Origin: an uncultured Gemmatimonadales bacterium
GTDB lineage: Bacteria > Gemmatimonadota > Gemmatimonadetes > Gemmatimonadales > Gemmatimonadaceae
Reading direction: 5' to 3'
DNA length: 64,000 nucleotides
Assembly: GCA_963707505.1 (NCBI GenBank)
Contig: CAVPQB010000003.1
Span: 256,001-320,000 of the forward strand
The notes beneath the pieces were generated by a model. That model ran no database searches. It saw nothing but the letters and a program-made list of their open reading frames with translations, and was not told the DNA's origin. This document shows positions 11,513 to 21,196 of this stretch, piece by piece. A program made the translations under genes and the position numbers. Numbering within the stretch: the stretch's first letter is position 1; each line of letters opens with the position of its first letter.

Positions 11513-12175
11513 GTGCCCCCAGAACCGCAAAACGCCGACCCGAAACTGCTTCCCAAGCTACTGAAGCAGATGACCCCAGGCGACGTGGCGGAGACGCTCG
11601 CGCGCGACCCGCGATTGATTCTTCCGGTGGGCACCATTGAAAAAACGCACTCCGGCCTGCCGATGGGTGCATCCACCATCGTCGTGGACCACGTTGCAGA
11701 TGCCCTGTCAGCCGAATTTGGCGTGCTCCGGGCGCCCACGGTCGAGTACGGCGTGAACGCCGCGCCGGAGCCCGAGTATCCGGCGAGCGTCACGCTCCGG
11801 AAGAAGACACTTCACCGGATGCTCAACGATCTGCTCACATCGTGGGAATGCCACGGCATCAATGAATTCGTCCTGCTTACCGCGCACGGCTACGACCCGC
11901 ATCTCGAGGCGATCTCGACGGTAGGGACGGTCCGCGCCCGGGTGCGCGTCGTCGATCTGTTCGCTGTAAACCTTTCGAATCTGACCGGTGTCAGACGGAG
12001 CGAAGACGATCGTGGGGGTATTTACGCTTCGCTACTGTTGTATCTCACCCCGTCGCTCGTCCACGTCGAAGATGCCGATCCCGGCGCCTCGGCGGAACAA
12101 GGGCGTGCCCTTTATGAGCGAATCCGCGCGCGGGTAAGCGAACGGATCTTCCTCGCACCGGTCCCGTCCGAATAG
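11513..12175 (+). CDS. Creatininase/MftE-family protein with degenerate metal ligands
   Basis: LILPVGTIE..H..LPMG, APTVEYG, FVLLTAHG. Start GTG 11513 or ATG 11570. Confidence 0.75.
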   Translation: MPPEPQNADPKLLPKLLKQMTPGDVAETLARDPRLILPVGTIEKTHSGLPMGASTIVVDHVADALSAEFGVLRAPTVEYGVNAAPEPEYPASVTLRKKTLHRMLNDLLTSWECHGINEFVLLTAHGYDPHLEAISTVGTVRARVRVVDLFAVNLSNLTGVRRSEDDRGGIYASLLLYLTPSLVHVEDADPGASAEQGRALYERIRARVSERIFLAPVPSE

Positions 12176-12257
12176 CGTCGAACAAGCGGCTTGACATGAC
12201 GGTGCGGTAGGTCTGCATGATGAAGCGCCGCCATTCGAGAATGGCTGAAGAAATTGC

Positions 12258-12286
12258 TTGACAGCAGCACGGGGCAGACATAGTGT
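12258..12286 (+). promoter_or_regulatory. sigma70-type promoter of the tolC operon
   Basis: TTGACA-N17-TAGTGT. Confidence 0.75.
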
Positions 12287-12306
12287 ATTAGTTGACTGAT
12301 ACACTA
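12281..12306. promoter_or_regulatory. Palindromic operator, YtrA/GntR-like
   Basis: TAGTGTATTAG-TTGA-CTGATACACTA (AGTGTA-N12-TACACT), overlapping the -10 box and the predicted start site. Confidence 0.7.
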
Positions 12307-12366
12307 CGTAGTAAACGGCTTTCGGTACTGGCGCCGTCCAACAACGAATCTTTCACGCACTCATAC

Positions 12367-13875
12367 ATGAAGCCCAGACTGATTTGGGGCATCGCGGCGG
12401 TTGCCGCGCTGGTCGCCAATCCCGGTTCCGCACGCGCGCAGGTCACGGGGCGCCCGATGTTGCCCGACGCATCGCCGACCGCCCTGACGATCGACCAGGC
12501 GGTGGCGCTTGCACAGCACAACAATCCGGATTTCCTCTCGACACGCAATAATGCACGCAACGCGTCGCTGGCGCTTCGCAGTGCCTACGGCGGTCTCCTG
12601 CCGCAGCTCAGTGCATCGCTCAGCGGGCAGTACCAGCAGGGCGGACAGCAGTTCTTCAACGGTGTCTCGCTGAGCGCCAACAGCGACGTCATGCAGTCGC
12701 AGTACAACATCGGCCTCAACTATCGCATCAATGCGGCGACCTTCATCGCGCCCAAGGTGCAACGCGCGAACGTTGCCGCGGTGGACGCCGACATCGCAGG
12801 TGCGAAGGAAGCGCTGGCTGCAACGGTGCGGCAGGATTACCTGACGGCATTGCAGAGTCTCGCGCTGACACAGCTCAATGATTCGCTCGTTGCGAACGCG
12901 CAGGTTCAACTCGAGCTTGCGCGTGCCAAGGCGCAGGTCGGCACGGGAACGCTGCTCGATGTCCAACGCGCGGAAGTTGCACTCGGCCAGCAGCAGGTTG
13001 CATTGCTTCAGGCCCGGAATCAGAATGACATCGACAAGCTGCGCCTGTTTCAACAGATGGGCGTGACGCAACCGCAGAACGTCGAGCTCGTGACGACATT
13101 CACGGTCAGCGACACGCTGCCGCCGCTGACAGATCTGCTCGCAATGGCAAAGCGCCAGAATCCCGGCATTGTAGCGCTGCGTTCGCGCGAGGATGTCGCC
13201 AACCTGACGGTAAAGAGCGAGCGCACGGAGTACACCCCAACGCTGACGCTGTCCACGGGCATCGGCGGCTATACCTATCAGTATCGCGACGCGGGTTTCC
13301 TGATCAATCAGGCACAGGCCCAGACCGACGCCGCGCACTCCTCCTGCGTCGCCACGCAGGAAGTGCGACAGGCAGTGGGTCTGCCAAACACACTCGCGCA
13401 GTGTGCGAACATCACCTTCACACCCGCGATGGCGAGCAATCTGCGCGCGTCCAACTCTCAGTTCCCCTTCTCGTTCACGCCGTCTCCGCGCAGCATCTCG
13501 GCGCAGATATCGCTTCCCATATTCGATGGATTCGCACGTGAACAACGCGTGCAGCAAGCCGTCGTATCACGCGAGAATGCGCGCTACAACGTGCGCTCCC
13601 GCGAGCTGGCACTGCAGGCAGATGTCAGTGCTGCATACCTTTCGCTCCAGACCGCAAAGCAGACAGTCGCGCTTCAGGAGCAGAACTCGGCCAAGGCCAA
13701 GCAGGAGCTTCAGTTCGTTCAGGACCAGTACGCGGTCGGCCTCGCGACATTCGTTGACCTCACCACTTCTCGCGCGGCTTACGCCCAGGCGGAGAACGAC
13801 CGGATCAACGCGATCTACAACTACCACAAGGCAGTCGCCGCGCTGGAGAGCGCGGTTGGCCGTCCTCTACGTTAA
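12367..13875 (+). CDS. TolC family outer-membrane efflux protein
   Basis: Signal peptide, LTIDQAVALA...NP, LLPQL, SLPIFDG, and the C-terminal AVG; first gene of the MFP/ABC cluster. Confidence 0.9.
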   Translation: MKPRLIWGIAAVAALVANPGSARAQVTGRPMLPDASPTALTIDQAVALAQHNNPDFLSTRNNARNASLALRSAYGGLLPQLSASLSGQYQQGGQQFFNGVSLSANSDVMQSQYNIGLNYRINAATFIAPKVQRANVAAVDADIAGAKEALAATVRQDYLTALQSLALTQLNDSLVANAQVQLELARAKAQVGTGTLLDVQRAEVALGQQQVALLQARNQNDIDKLRLFQQMGVTQPQNVELVTTFTVSDTLPPLTDLLAMAKRQNPGIVALRSREDVANLTVKSERTEYTPTLTLSTGIGGYTYQYRDAGFLINQAQAQTDAAHSSCVATQEVRQAVGLPNTLAQCANITFTPAMASNLRASNSQFPFSFTPSPRSISAQISLPIFDGFAREQRVQQAVVSRENARYNVRSRELALQADVSAAYLSLQTAKQTVALQEQNSAKAKQELQFVQDQYAVGLATFVDLTTSRAAYAQAENDRINAIYNYHKAVAALESAVGRPLR

Positions 13876-13886
13876 CGGACATCTCA

Positions 13887-15179
13887 ATGAAGAAACGTAC
13901 CAAGTCAATCGTCGCGGTCGCCGCACTGGCCGCCGTCGTGCTGATCGGAGTCGTGGCAGCCACCAAGGGACGCAGCAAGGCAGTCGACGTGAAGATCGAA
14001 GCCGTCGGCACACGTGACCTCGTTGCTTCGGTCACGGCGAGCGGACAGGTCGCTTCACACACGAAAGTGGATGTCGCGTCGGACGTCTCGGGCCGCATCA
14101 CGCGACTCGCCGTCAAGGAAGGCGACATGGTGAAGAAGGGTCAGTTCCTCCTGGAGATCGATCCGTCGCAGTATCAGGCAGCGGTCGGCCGCAACGTGGC
14201 AGCCGTAGCGAGCAGCCGCGCACAGGTCGAGCAGGCCAAGGCGACCCTTGCGCAGGCACAGAGCACCTATCAACGCACTGCCGATCTCCAGAAGCGCAAT
14301 CCGAAGCTGGTTTCAGCCGATCAGGTGGACCAGCTTCTCACCGCGGTCAAGGTCAACCAGGCACTCGTGGACAACGCGACGCACGGCGTAGCCCAGGCCG
14401 AGGCGGCGCTTCGCGACGCGCAGAGCTCGCTCGACAAGACGACCATCGTGTCGCCAATCGACGGACAGGTCACGCGTCTCAACGTCGAGCAGGGTGAAAC
14501 GGCGATCCAGGGTACGCTCAACAAGGACGCCGCGACGCTGCTCACCGTGAGTGACATGAGTAACCTGGAAACCAAGGTCAAGGTGAACGAGACTGACGTT
14601 GCCCACGTGAAGGTGGGTGACTCGGCCATCGTCCAGATCGACGCCTTTCCGGACACCACGTTCCGCGGCAAGGTGACGGAGATCTCGAATAGCTCGCTCA
14701 CGACCGCGGCGGCGACCAGCGCCGGCAGCCAGGCCGATCAGGCTGTGGATTACTACGTCACCGTACAGCTGCTGAATCCGCCCGCGCAGACGCGCCCGGA
14801 CTTCTCGGCGACGGCCAAGATCATCACCGACACCAGGCCCCACGCGCTGGCGATTCCGATCATCGCTCTGACCATCCGTGAGAACGGGCCGGTCACCAAC
14901 GGCGGAGACTCCGCAGCAGCAGTCGGCAAGACTCCCGTCAAGGAAGTCGGCAAAAAGGACGCAGATGGGGTATTCGTCGTGGGCGCGGACAACAAGGTCA
15001 CCTTCCGGCCCGTAAAGGTAGGTATCGCGGGAGAGCAGTACTTCGAGGTCGTGAGCGGCCTCAAGCCGGGCGAGAAAATCGTCTCCGGTACGTACCAGGC
15101 TATCCGCGATCTAAAGGACGGCACTGTCGTGCGCGCGGCCAAGCCCGCGAAGAAGGGCGACTCAACGAAATCGTCATGA
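13887..15179 (+). CDS. Periplasmic adaptor (MacA-like membrane fusion protein)
   Basis: N-terminal [46 protein letters not shown]. Confidence 0.92.
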   Translation: MKKRTKSIVAVAALAAVVLIGVVAATKGRSKAVDVKIEAVGTRDLVASVTASGQVASHTKVDVASDVSGRITRLAVKEGDMVKKGQFLLEIDPSQYQAAVGRNVAAVASSRAQVEQAKATLAQAQSTYQRTADLQKRNPKLVSADQVDQLLTAVKVNQALVDNATHGVAQAEAALRDAQSSLDKTTIVSPIDGQVTRLNVEQGETAIQGTLNKDAATLLTVSDMSNLETKVKVNETDVAHVKVGDSAIVQIDAFPDTTFRGKVTEISNSSLTTAAATSAGSQADQAVDYYVTVQLLNPPAQTRPDFSATAKIITDTRPHALAIPIIALTIRENGPVTNGGDSAAAVGKTPVKEVGKKDADGVFVVGADNKVTFRPVKVGIAGEQYFEVVSGLKPGEKIVSGTYQAIRDLKDGTVVRAAKPAKKGDSTKSS

Positions 15180-15991
15180 ACAATGAAATAGAAGAAGCAC
15201 CGCTCAGCACCACTGCCGAACGCAGAGCGGTCACGCAAGTAGCCGGTGTCACACCGGGTCAGGAATGGGCGATCGTCGCGCGGGGTCTCAAGCGCGAGTA
15301 CGACATGGGTGGCGAAATTGTGCGCGCGCTGCGTGGCGTGGACGTCGCCGTGCGCCGCAACGAATACGTCGCGATCATGGGTCCGTCAGGATCCGGCAAG
15401 TCGACGCTGATGAATCTCATCGGCTGCCTGGACACGCCTGACGCTGGTGAGTACTGGCTGAATGGCACGCTCGTCTCCGACATGTCCGACGATCAGCTGG
15501 CGCACGTCAGGAACAAGGAAATCGGATTCGTCTTCCAGACGTTCAACCTGCTTCCCCGCTCCACGGCGCTTCAGAACGTGGAGTTGCCGCTCGTGTACGC
15601 GGGTGTCGGCAGCGAAGAGCGGCGCGCGCGCGCCAAGGAAGCACTCGAGCGTGTGGAGCTCGGCTCGCGTCTGGATCACCGACCGAACGAGCTCTCGGGA
15701 GGTCAGCGCCAGCGCGTCGCAATCGCGCGCGCACTGGTGAACCGGCCGGCGATCCTGCTCGCCGACGAGCCGACGGGAAATCTCGACTCGCGCACATCGG
15801 AAGACATCATGCGCGTTTTCAGCGGACTGTCCGATCATGGACAGACGGTAATCATGGTAACGCACGAGCCCGACATCGCCGCGCACGCGCGTCGCGTAAT
15901 CGTGCTGCGTGACGGTGTCGTCGAGACGGACGAGCGCAAGGAAATGTTCCATGAGCGTCTCACCACGTTCGGCTCCTCGGTAGTCGGCTAG
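15176..15991 (+). CDS. ABC transporter ATP-binding protein (LolD/MacB type)
   Basis: [37 protein letters not shown]. Confidence 0.95.
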   Translation: MNNEIEEAPLSTTAERRAVTQVAGVTPGQEWAIVARGLKREYDMGGEIVRALRGVDVAVRRNEYVAIMGPSGSGKSTLMNLIGCLDTPDAGEYWLNGTLVSDMSDDQLAHVRNKEIGFVFQTFNLLPRSTALQNVELPLVYAGVGSEERRARAKEALERVELGSRLDHRPNELSGGQRQRVAIARALVNRPAILLADEPTGNLDSRTSEDIMRVFSGLSDHGQTVIMVTHEPDIAAHARRVIVLRDGVVETDERKEMFHERLTTFGSSVVG

Positions 15992-15996
15992 GCCAC

Positions 15997-17241
15997 GTGC
16001 GCTTCTACGAAGCCGTTCGTCTCGCGCTGTCCACGATCCGAGTGCAGAAGCTGAAGAGCTTCTTCACTCTGCTGGGAGTGATGATTGGCGTGATGTTCCT
16101 CATCGCCGTCGTCTCGATCGTCGAGGGGATGGGCCACTACATGCAGGACGATTTGATGGGCAAGCTCATTCCCATCAACACGTTCAATCTGCGCAGAACT
16201 CCAGACGTGCAGCTCGGCAACATCGATCGGGCCACGTGGCAGGAGTGGCAGCGTCGCCCTCGCATCAAGGAGGAGGACATAGCGCCGGTGCTGGCTGCGC
16301 TTCCCGCTGGCGCCAAAGCGGCGGTCGTCAGTCAGAACAATCTGATGGTCGAGTCGCGCTACGTCCCGAAGCCCAAGCAGGTCGATGCCTCGAACGTCAC
16401 TGCACCGTGGTTCGACATCAAGAAAATGGGCGTCACTGAAGGACGCGTTTTCACTGCGCAGGAAGATGCAATGGGCGCGCCCGTTGTGGTGATCGGTACG
16501 GATGTCGCGTCTTACTTCTTCCCGAGCGTGGATCCGATCGGGCGCGAGCTCAGGGTGGGCCATATTCCGTACACCGTCATCGGCATCGCGGAGAGCCAGG
16601 GCAGCGTGTTCGGCCAGTCGCTGGACAAGTTCATCGTAGCGCCATTCAACTCACCGCTCAAGCAGCTTACCAACCGGCACGGCGTCATCGACGGCATAAT
16701 GATTCAATCGCCCGATGAAACCACGATGCTCGCGACGGAAGATGCCGTGCGCTCCGTCATGCGCGCGCGCCGGAAACTCCTTCCGGAGCAGAAGGACAAC
16801 TTCGTGCTCGAAACGTCCGATCAGGACCTCGAGTTCTGGAACAAGATCAAGGGATATCTCGTCGTGGCCGGAATCGCGCTCCCTGCGATCGGTCTGGTCG
16901 TGGGCGCAATCGTCATCATGAACATCATGCTCGTCGCAGTCGCCGAGCGCACTGCTGAGATCGGCGTTCGCAAGGCACTCGGCGCACGTCGGCAGGACAT
17001 TCTGGCGCAGTTCCTGGTCGAGTCTGCGACACTCAGCACTTTCGGGTCGGCGATCGGCGTGGTGTGCGGGATAGGAATCTCTGCGATAATTGCAGCTGTG
17101 TCGCCATTGCCAACACACGTCGCACTCTGGTCGATCGTCGTTGCCGTCCTGCTCGGAGCCGGAGTGGGAATCATCGCCGGTGTTTATCCGGCAAGCCGTG
17201 CCGCGCTGCTCGATCCGATCACAGCTCTGAGGGCGGAATGA
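15997..17241 (+). CDS. MacB/FtsX-type ABC permease 1
   Basis: SFFTLLGVMIGV, IMNIMLVAVAERTAEIGVRKALGA, YPASRAALLDPITALRAE. Confidence 0.93.
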   Translation: MRFYEAVRLALSTIRVQKLKSFFTLLGVMIGVMFLIAVVSIVEGMGHYMQDDLMGKLIPINTFNLRRTPDVQLGNIDRATWQEWQRRPRIKEEDIAPVLAALPAGAKAAVVSQNNLMVESRYVPKPKQVDASNVTAPWFDIKKMGVTEGRVFTAQEDAMGAPVVVIGTDVASYFFPSVDPIGRELRVGHIPYTVIGIAESQGSVFGQSLDKFIVAPFNSPLKQLTNRHGVIDGIMIQSPDETTMLATEDAVRSVMRARRKLLPEQKDNFVLETSDQDLEFWNKIKGYLVVAGIALPAIGLVVGAIVIMNIMLVAVAERTAEIGVRKALGARRQDILAQFLVESATLSTFGSAIGVVCGIGISAIIAAVSPLPTHVALWSIVVAVLLGAGVGIIAGVYPASRAALLDPITALRAE

Positions 17242-18488
17242 GTCTCGCAACGCGGGTGTATTCGATATTCCAGGGCGTTAACATCGCGCTGGACGCTTTG
17301 AGAGCAAACCGGGTTCGTGCCGCGCTTACGATCCTCGGTGTCGCTGTCGGCGTGTTCGTCGTCGTCGTGATCTCCGGAGCCATTCACGGAATCAACTCGA
17401 GCGTCGCCAAGGATTTCGAGAAGGCGGGCCCATCGACGTTCTTTGTTTCTCGCTATCCGATCAGCTTCGAAGCGTGTGATGGCACTGATGACACCTGCAA
17501 GTGGCTCAGGAATCCTCCGATCTCCAACACGGAGATAGAGCGGCTCACGGTGCTCCCGGGAATCCAAACGGTTTCTGTGCGCGCGAACGATCAGGGACCC
17601 GTCTCGTATCGCCAGCAGACGATTCCGTCGCCCCGCATAACGGCATACACCGCAAACTGGACTGACGTTGACGGCGGTGACATCGATCCAGGCCGGACGT
17701 TCACGCCTGCGGAGAACTCGTCGGGAGCGCGCGTCGCGCTGATCAACGACGAGATGGCGACAGATCTGTTCGGCGACCTCGATCCGATCGGTAAGCAGAT
17801 CTCGATCAAGGGCGAGCCGTTCGAGGTGATCGGAGTCTACCACTACATCGCAAGCTTCCTCAGTGGCGGCAACGGGGCGAAGGCAATCGTCCCGATCGAG
17901 ACTGCACGCCGTCACCTTGGAACCGGGATGCGCAACATTCAGGTGACAGTCAAGCCCGAGGCGGGAGTCGAACGCGACGATGCGATCGATGAAGTCACGG
18001 CGGCGCTTCGGGTAACGCGCGGCCTCAAGCCCGGCGTCGACAACACGTTCGCGATCATCACACAGGACAAGCTGTTCGAGACCTACAACAAGGTCTTCGG
18101 CATGTTCTTCATCGTAATGATCGCCTTATCGGCGGTCGGGACGCTAGTCGGTGGCGTAGGCGTGATCGCGATCATGATGATCAGCGTCACCGAGCGCACG
18201 CGTGAAATTGGAGTCCGAAAGGCGTTAGGGGCAACCCGCAGGACGATCCTGTGGCAATTCCTCATCGAGGCCGTAACGCTTACCGGCATCGGCGCGTTCG
18301 TCGGCATGTTCGTCGGTTGGCTCGGAACCCTGGCACTCCGCGCTGCGACTCCGATCGCAGCCAGTATTCCGCTCTGGTCGATCGGAACGGCAGTCGGCGC
18401 GAGCGTGGTGACGGGAATCATCTTCGGCATGCTGCCAGCGCTTCGCGCATCGCGTCTCGATCCCGTCGAAGCTCTGCGCTACGAGTAG
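17238..18488 (+). CDS. MacB/FtsX-type ABC permease 2
   Basis: ATGA overlap with permease 1; VGGVGVIAIMMISVTERTREIGVRKALGA, RASRLDPVEALRYE. Confidence 0.93.
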   Translation: MSLATRVYSIFQGVNIALDALRANRVRAALTILGVAVGVFVVVVISGAIHGINSSVAKDFEKAGPSTFFVSRYPISFEACDGTDDTCKWLRNPPISNTEIERLTVLPGIQTVSVRANDQGPVSYRQQTIPSPRITAYTANWTDVDGGDIDPGRTFTPAENSSGARVALINDEMATDLFGDLDPIGKQISIKGEPFEVIGVYHYIASFLSGGNGAKAIVPIETARRHLGTGMRNIQVTVKPEAGVERDDAIDEVTAALRVTRGLKPGVDNTFAIITQDKLFETYNKVFGMFFIVMIALSAVGTLVGGVGVIAIMMISVTERTREIGVRKALGATRRTILWQFLIEAVTLTGIGAFVGMFVGWLGTLALRAATPIAASIPLWSIGTAVGASVVTGIIFGMLPALRASRLDPVEALRYE

Positions 18489-18496
18489 ATGCTCCC

Positions 18497-18533
18497 GTTT
18501 ATGCTCGGTGCCAGCCCGGCACCGAGCATAAAC
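18497..18533. repeat. Perfect 16-bp inverted repeat (terminator or processing hairpin)
   Basis: GTTTATGCTCGGTGCC-AGCCC-GGCACCGAGCATAAAC, 8 nt after the permease stop, with no U-tract following. Confidence 0.7.
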
Positions 18534-18567
18534 CGAATGACGCAACTGGCGCCAGCGCCGTAATTTC

Positions 18568-19293
18568 ATGCGCATGCCAGATGTGGAAATACTTGCGATC
18601 GCGGCGCACCGCGACGACATCGAGCTCACGTGCGGCGGCAGCCTCATCAAGTCCGCGCGTCAGGGCCGCACCACAGCAATAATAGATCTCACCGCAGGTG
18701 AAACGGGCACGCGAGGCTCTGCCGCGCTCAGAGCGCAGGAATCCGAAGCGGCCGCCAGGATTCTTGGCGTCGGTCAGCGCATCAATCTGGGTCTTCCGGA
18801 CGCCGGCCTGGTGAATACGCCGGAAACGCGCGCGCTGCTTGCGATCGCGATTCGTCAATTGCGCCCGCGCATCGTCATTGCCCCGCCACTGCAGGGGCGC
18901 CATCCGGACCACATCGTGGCCGGACAACTCGTACGTGACGCATGCTTCATCGCTGGTCTCGCGAAGGTCGCGCCCGAGACGCCGCCGCACCGGCCCATGA
19001 AAGTGATTCACGCCATCGCGTTCCGTGAGGATCACGTCAAGCCGACGTTCGTCGTGGACATAACCGATGTGTTCGAGGTCAAGATGCGCGCGATCGGCTG
19101 CTACGCGTCGCAGTTCGACGATGCGATTCAGGCCGGCGAGGTGTATCCCACGGGCGAGCCGCTTTACGATGTGATTCGACACCAGTCGGCGCATTACGGA
19201 TCGCTGATCCGGACTCGCTTTGGTGAGCCATTCTACACCACCGAAACCATGCGGGTCGACGATATCGGCGCGCTGGAGGTCGCGACATTTTGA
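18568..19293 (+). CDS. bshB1: PIG-L family deacetylase, BshB1-like
   Basis: AHRDDIE, DLTAGETGTRG, RHPDH, YASQF, FGEPF. Confidence 0.8.
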   Translation: MRMPDVEILAIAAHRDDIELTCGGSLIKSARQGRTTAIIDLTAGETGTRGSAALRAQESEAAARILGVGQRINLGLPDAGLVNTPETRALLAIAIRQLRPRIVIAPPLQGRHPDHIVAGQLVRDACFIAGLAKVAPETPPHRPMKVIHAIAFREDHVKPTFVVDITDVFEVKMRAIGCYASQFDDAIQAGEVYPTGEPLYDVIRHQSAHYGSLIRTRFGEPFYTTETMRVDDIGALEVATF

Positions 19294-20024
19294 CGGATGA
19301 TGAGCCAACCTACCCGACGTATCTGAAGCTCGCCGAGCTTCTGTCGCTGCAGGTTCCGCGCAGCTCGCCCGAGCATCCGGACGAATTGTTGTTCATCACA
19401 GTGCACCAGTCGAGTGAATTGTGGTTCAAGTTGATATTGCACGAGCTCGGCAAGCTGCGGAATTCGATCGCGAACGGGCGCGTTCTCGAAGCAGTTGAAT
19501 CTGTGGGAAGAGTGAATGGCCTCATGCGGATCGTCACCGCGCAGCTTCATGCACTCGACACGTTGTCGCCGCAGGGATTCTCGCAGTTCCGGCACAACCT
19601 CGGAACATCCACCGGTGGCCAGAGTGCGCAGTTTCGCGCGATCGAGTTGATATCGGGATTGCGTGATCCCGGCTATCTGGAATATGTCAAGTCACAGCAA
19701 CCGTTGGACCCGATCGTCGAGCGAGCACTGTCGCAGTCGTCACTGCCCGAGCTGTTCGCGCAGTTGCTGTCGCAGCGCAACCTTACAGCACGCACGCTGT
19801 ACGCGACTGACGACGAGCGCGAGCTCAGATTGCTGGCCGAGGGTCTGCTATCGTACGAGCAGGAATTCGCGATGTGGCGCTTCCTGCACGTAGAGGTGAT
19901 CGAGCGCGTCATAGGTCCGTCGACCCCCGGCACGGGCGGGTCGCTCGGCGCCAAGGCCCTCCGCGACACGCTCGGCAACCGTTTCTTCCCGGAGCTCTGG
20001 GCGGTCCGGGCGGAATTTTATTAG
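19290..20024 (+). CDS. kynA: Tryptophan 2,3-dioxygenase family protein
   Basis: YLKLAELLSLQ, DELLFITVHQSSELWFK, GQSAQFR, WRF.H...ERVIG, GTGGS, FFPELW. TTG start overlaps the bshB1 stop. Confidence 0.88.
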   Translation: MTDDEPTYPTYLKLAELLSLQVPRSSPEHPDELLFITVHQSSELWFKLILHELGKLRNSIANGRVLEAVESVGRVNGLMRIVTAQLHALDTLSPQGFSQFRHNLGTSTGGQSAQFRAIELISGLRDPGYLEYVKSQQPLDPIVERALSQSSLPELFAQLLSQRNLTARTLYATDDERELRLLAEGLLSYEQEFAMWRFLHVEVIERVIGPSTPGTGGSLGAKALRDTLGNRFFPELWAVRAEFY

Positions 20025-20029
20025 CTTTC

Positions 20030-21196
20030 ATGGTGATGGCACAGGCTCCTATCTACCTCGACAACGCCGCGACCACTCCCGTACGTGAGGAAGTGTTCGA
20101 GGCGATGCGCCCGTTCTTTGGACCGAAGTTCGGCAACCCGTCTTCGATCCACAGCTTCGGCCGTGAAGCGCGTGCGGCACTGGATGAGGCGCGGGAGCGC
20201 CTGGCCACCTGTCTTGGGGCGCATCCGGACGAGGTGTCGTTCAACTCATGCGGCACCGAAGGCGATAACACCGCCGTACTCTGTCTGTGGCGCGCGATGC
20301 GCGAATCCGGACGCAACGCGGTCGTTACGACGCCGATCGAGCACAAGGCCGTGCTCGCCGCCGCACACGAAGTAGCGCACGAAGGCGGTGAGGAGCGCAT
20401 TCTCGACGTCGATTCGAATGGAGTCGTGGTCGATGCGTCGTTTGACGAGCATGTTCGCGATGACGTTGCAGTAACGAGCGTGATGTGGGTCAATAACGAG
20501 ACCGGCGTCATTCAGGACATCCCTGCTCTCGCGCAACGCGCAAAAAATCGTGGCGTTGCATTTCACACCGATGCTGTACAGGCGTTCGGCAAGGTTGTCG
20601 TTGATGCTCGCACACAGCCGTTCGATCTTCTCTCGATCTCCGGACACAAGATTGGCGCGCCCAAGGGTATCGGCGCGCTGTTCATTCGTCGGGGTACCGC
20701 GTTCGAGCCACTGATTCGCGGCGGTGCGCAGGATCGCGGACGCAGAGCTGGCACGGAGAACGTCGCGTATGTCGTCGGTCTTGCGACCGCCGCCGAGTTG
20801 GCTGTGGCGGAGCGCGAGCAGCACTGGAAGGAGACGGAGCACATGCGCGATCGCCTGCAGGAGTTGCTGCTGGCCGCGATTCCCGATGCAGTAGTGCACA
20901 GCCGCGGCGCGCGACGCGCTCCGCACGTGCTGAACATCTCCGTTCCGGGTACCGATAACGAGTCCATGCTGATGGCGCTCGACCTGCGCGGAATCGCATG
21001 CTCGGGTGGTAGTGCGTGTCAGAGTGGCAGCGTCACGCCGAGCCATGTACTGTCTGCGCTGGGCGTCGAGCCTGCGCTTGCGAATGCCGCGGTGCGGATG
21101 AGCTTCGGGCCGATCAACACCGAGGCGGATGTCGACCGCGTTGCGGATCTGTTTCCAAGGCTTGTGGCGAAAGCCAGGTCGATGGCCGCGGCCTGA
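20030..21196 (+). CDS. iscS: Cysteine desulfurase (IscS/NifS group I)
   Basis: YLDNAATTP, FGNPSS.H, NNETG, HTDAVQ, SGHKIGAPKG, RAGTEN, SGGSAC. Confidence 0.92.
   Translation: MVMAQAPIYLDNAATTPVREEVFEAMRPFFGPKFGNPSSIHSFGREARAALDEARERLATCLGAHPDEVSFNSCGTEGDNTAVLCLWRAMRESGRNAVVTTPIEHKAVLAAAHEVAHEGGEERILDVDSNGVVVDASFDEHVRDDVAVTSVMWVNNETGVIQDIPALAQRAKNRGVAFHTDAVQAFGKVVVDARTQPFDLLSISGHKIGAPKGIGALFIRRGTAFEPLIRGGAQDRGRRAGTENVAYVVGLATAAELAVAEREQHWKETEHMRDRLQELLLAAIPDAVVHSRGARRAPHVLNISVPGTDNESMLMALDLRGIACSGGSACQSGSVTPSHVLSALGVEPALANAAVRMSFGPINTEADVDRVADLFPRLVAKARSMAAA

Noticed and set aside
12191..12221. Second TTGACA upstream of tolC
   Set aside because: No acceptable -10 at 16-18 nt spacing.
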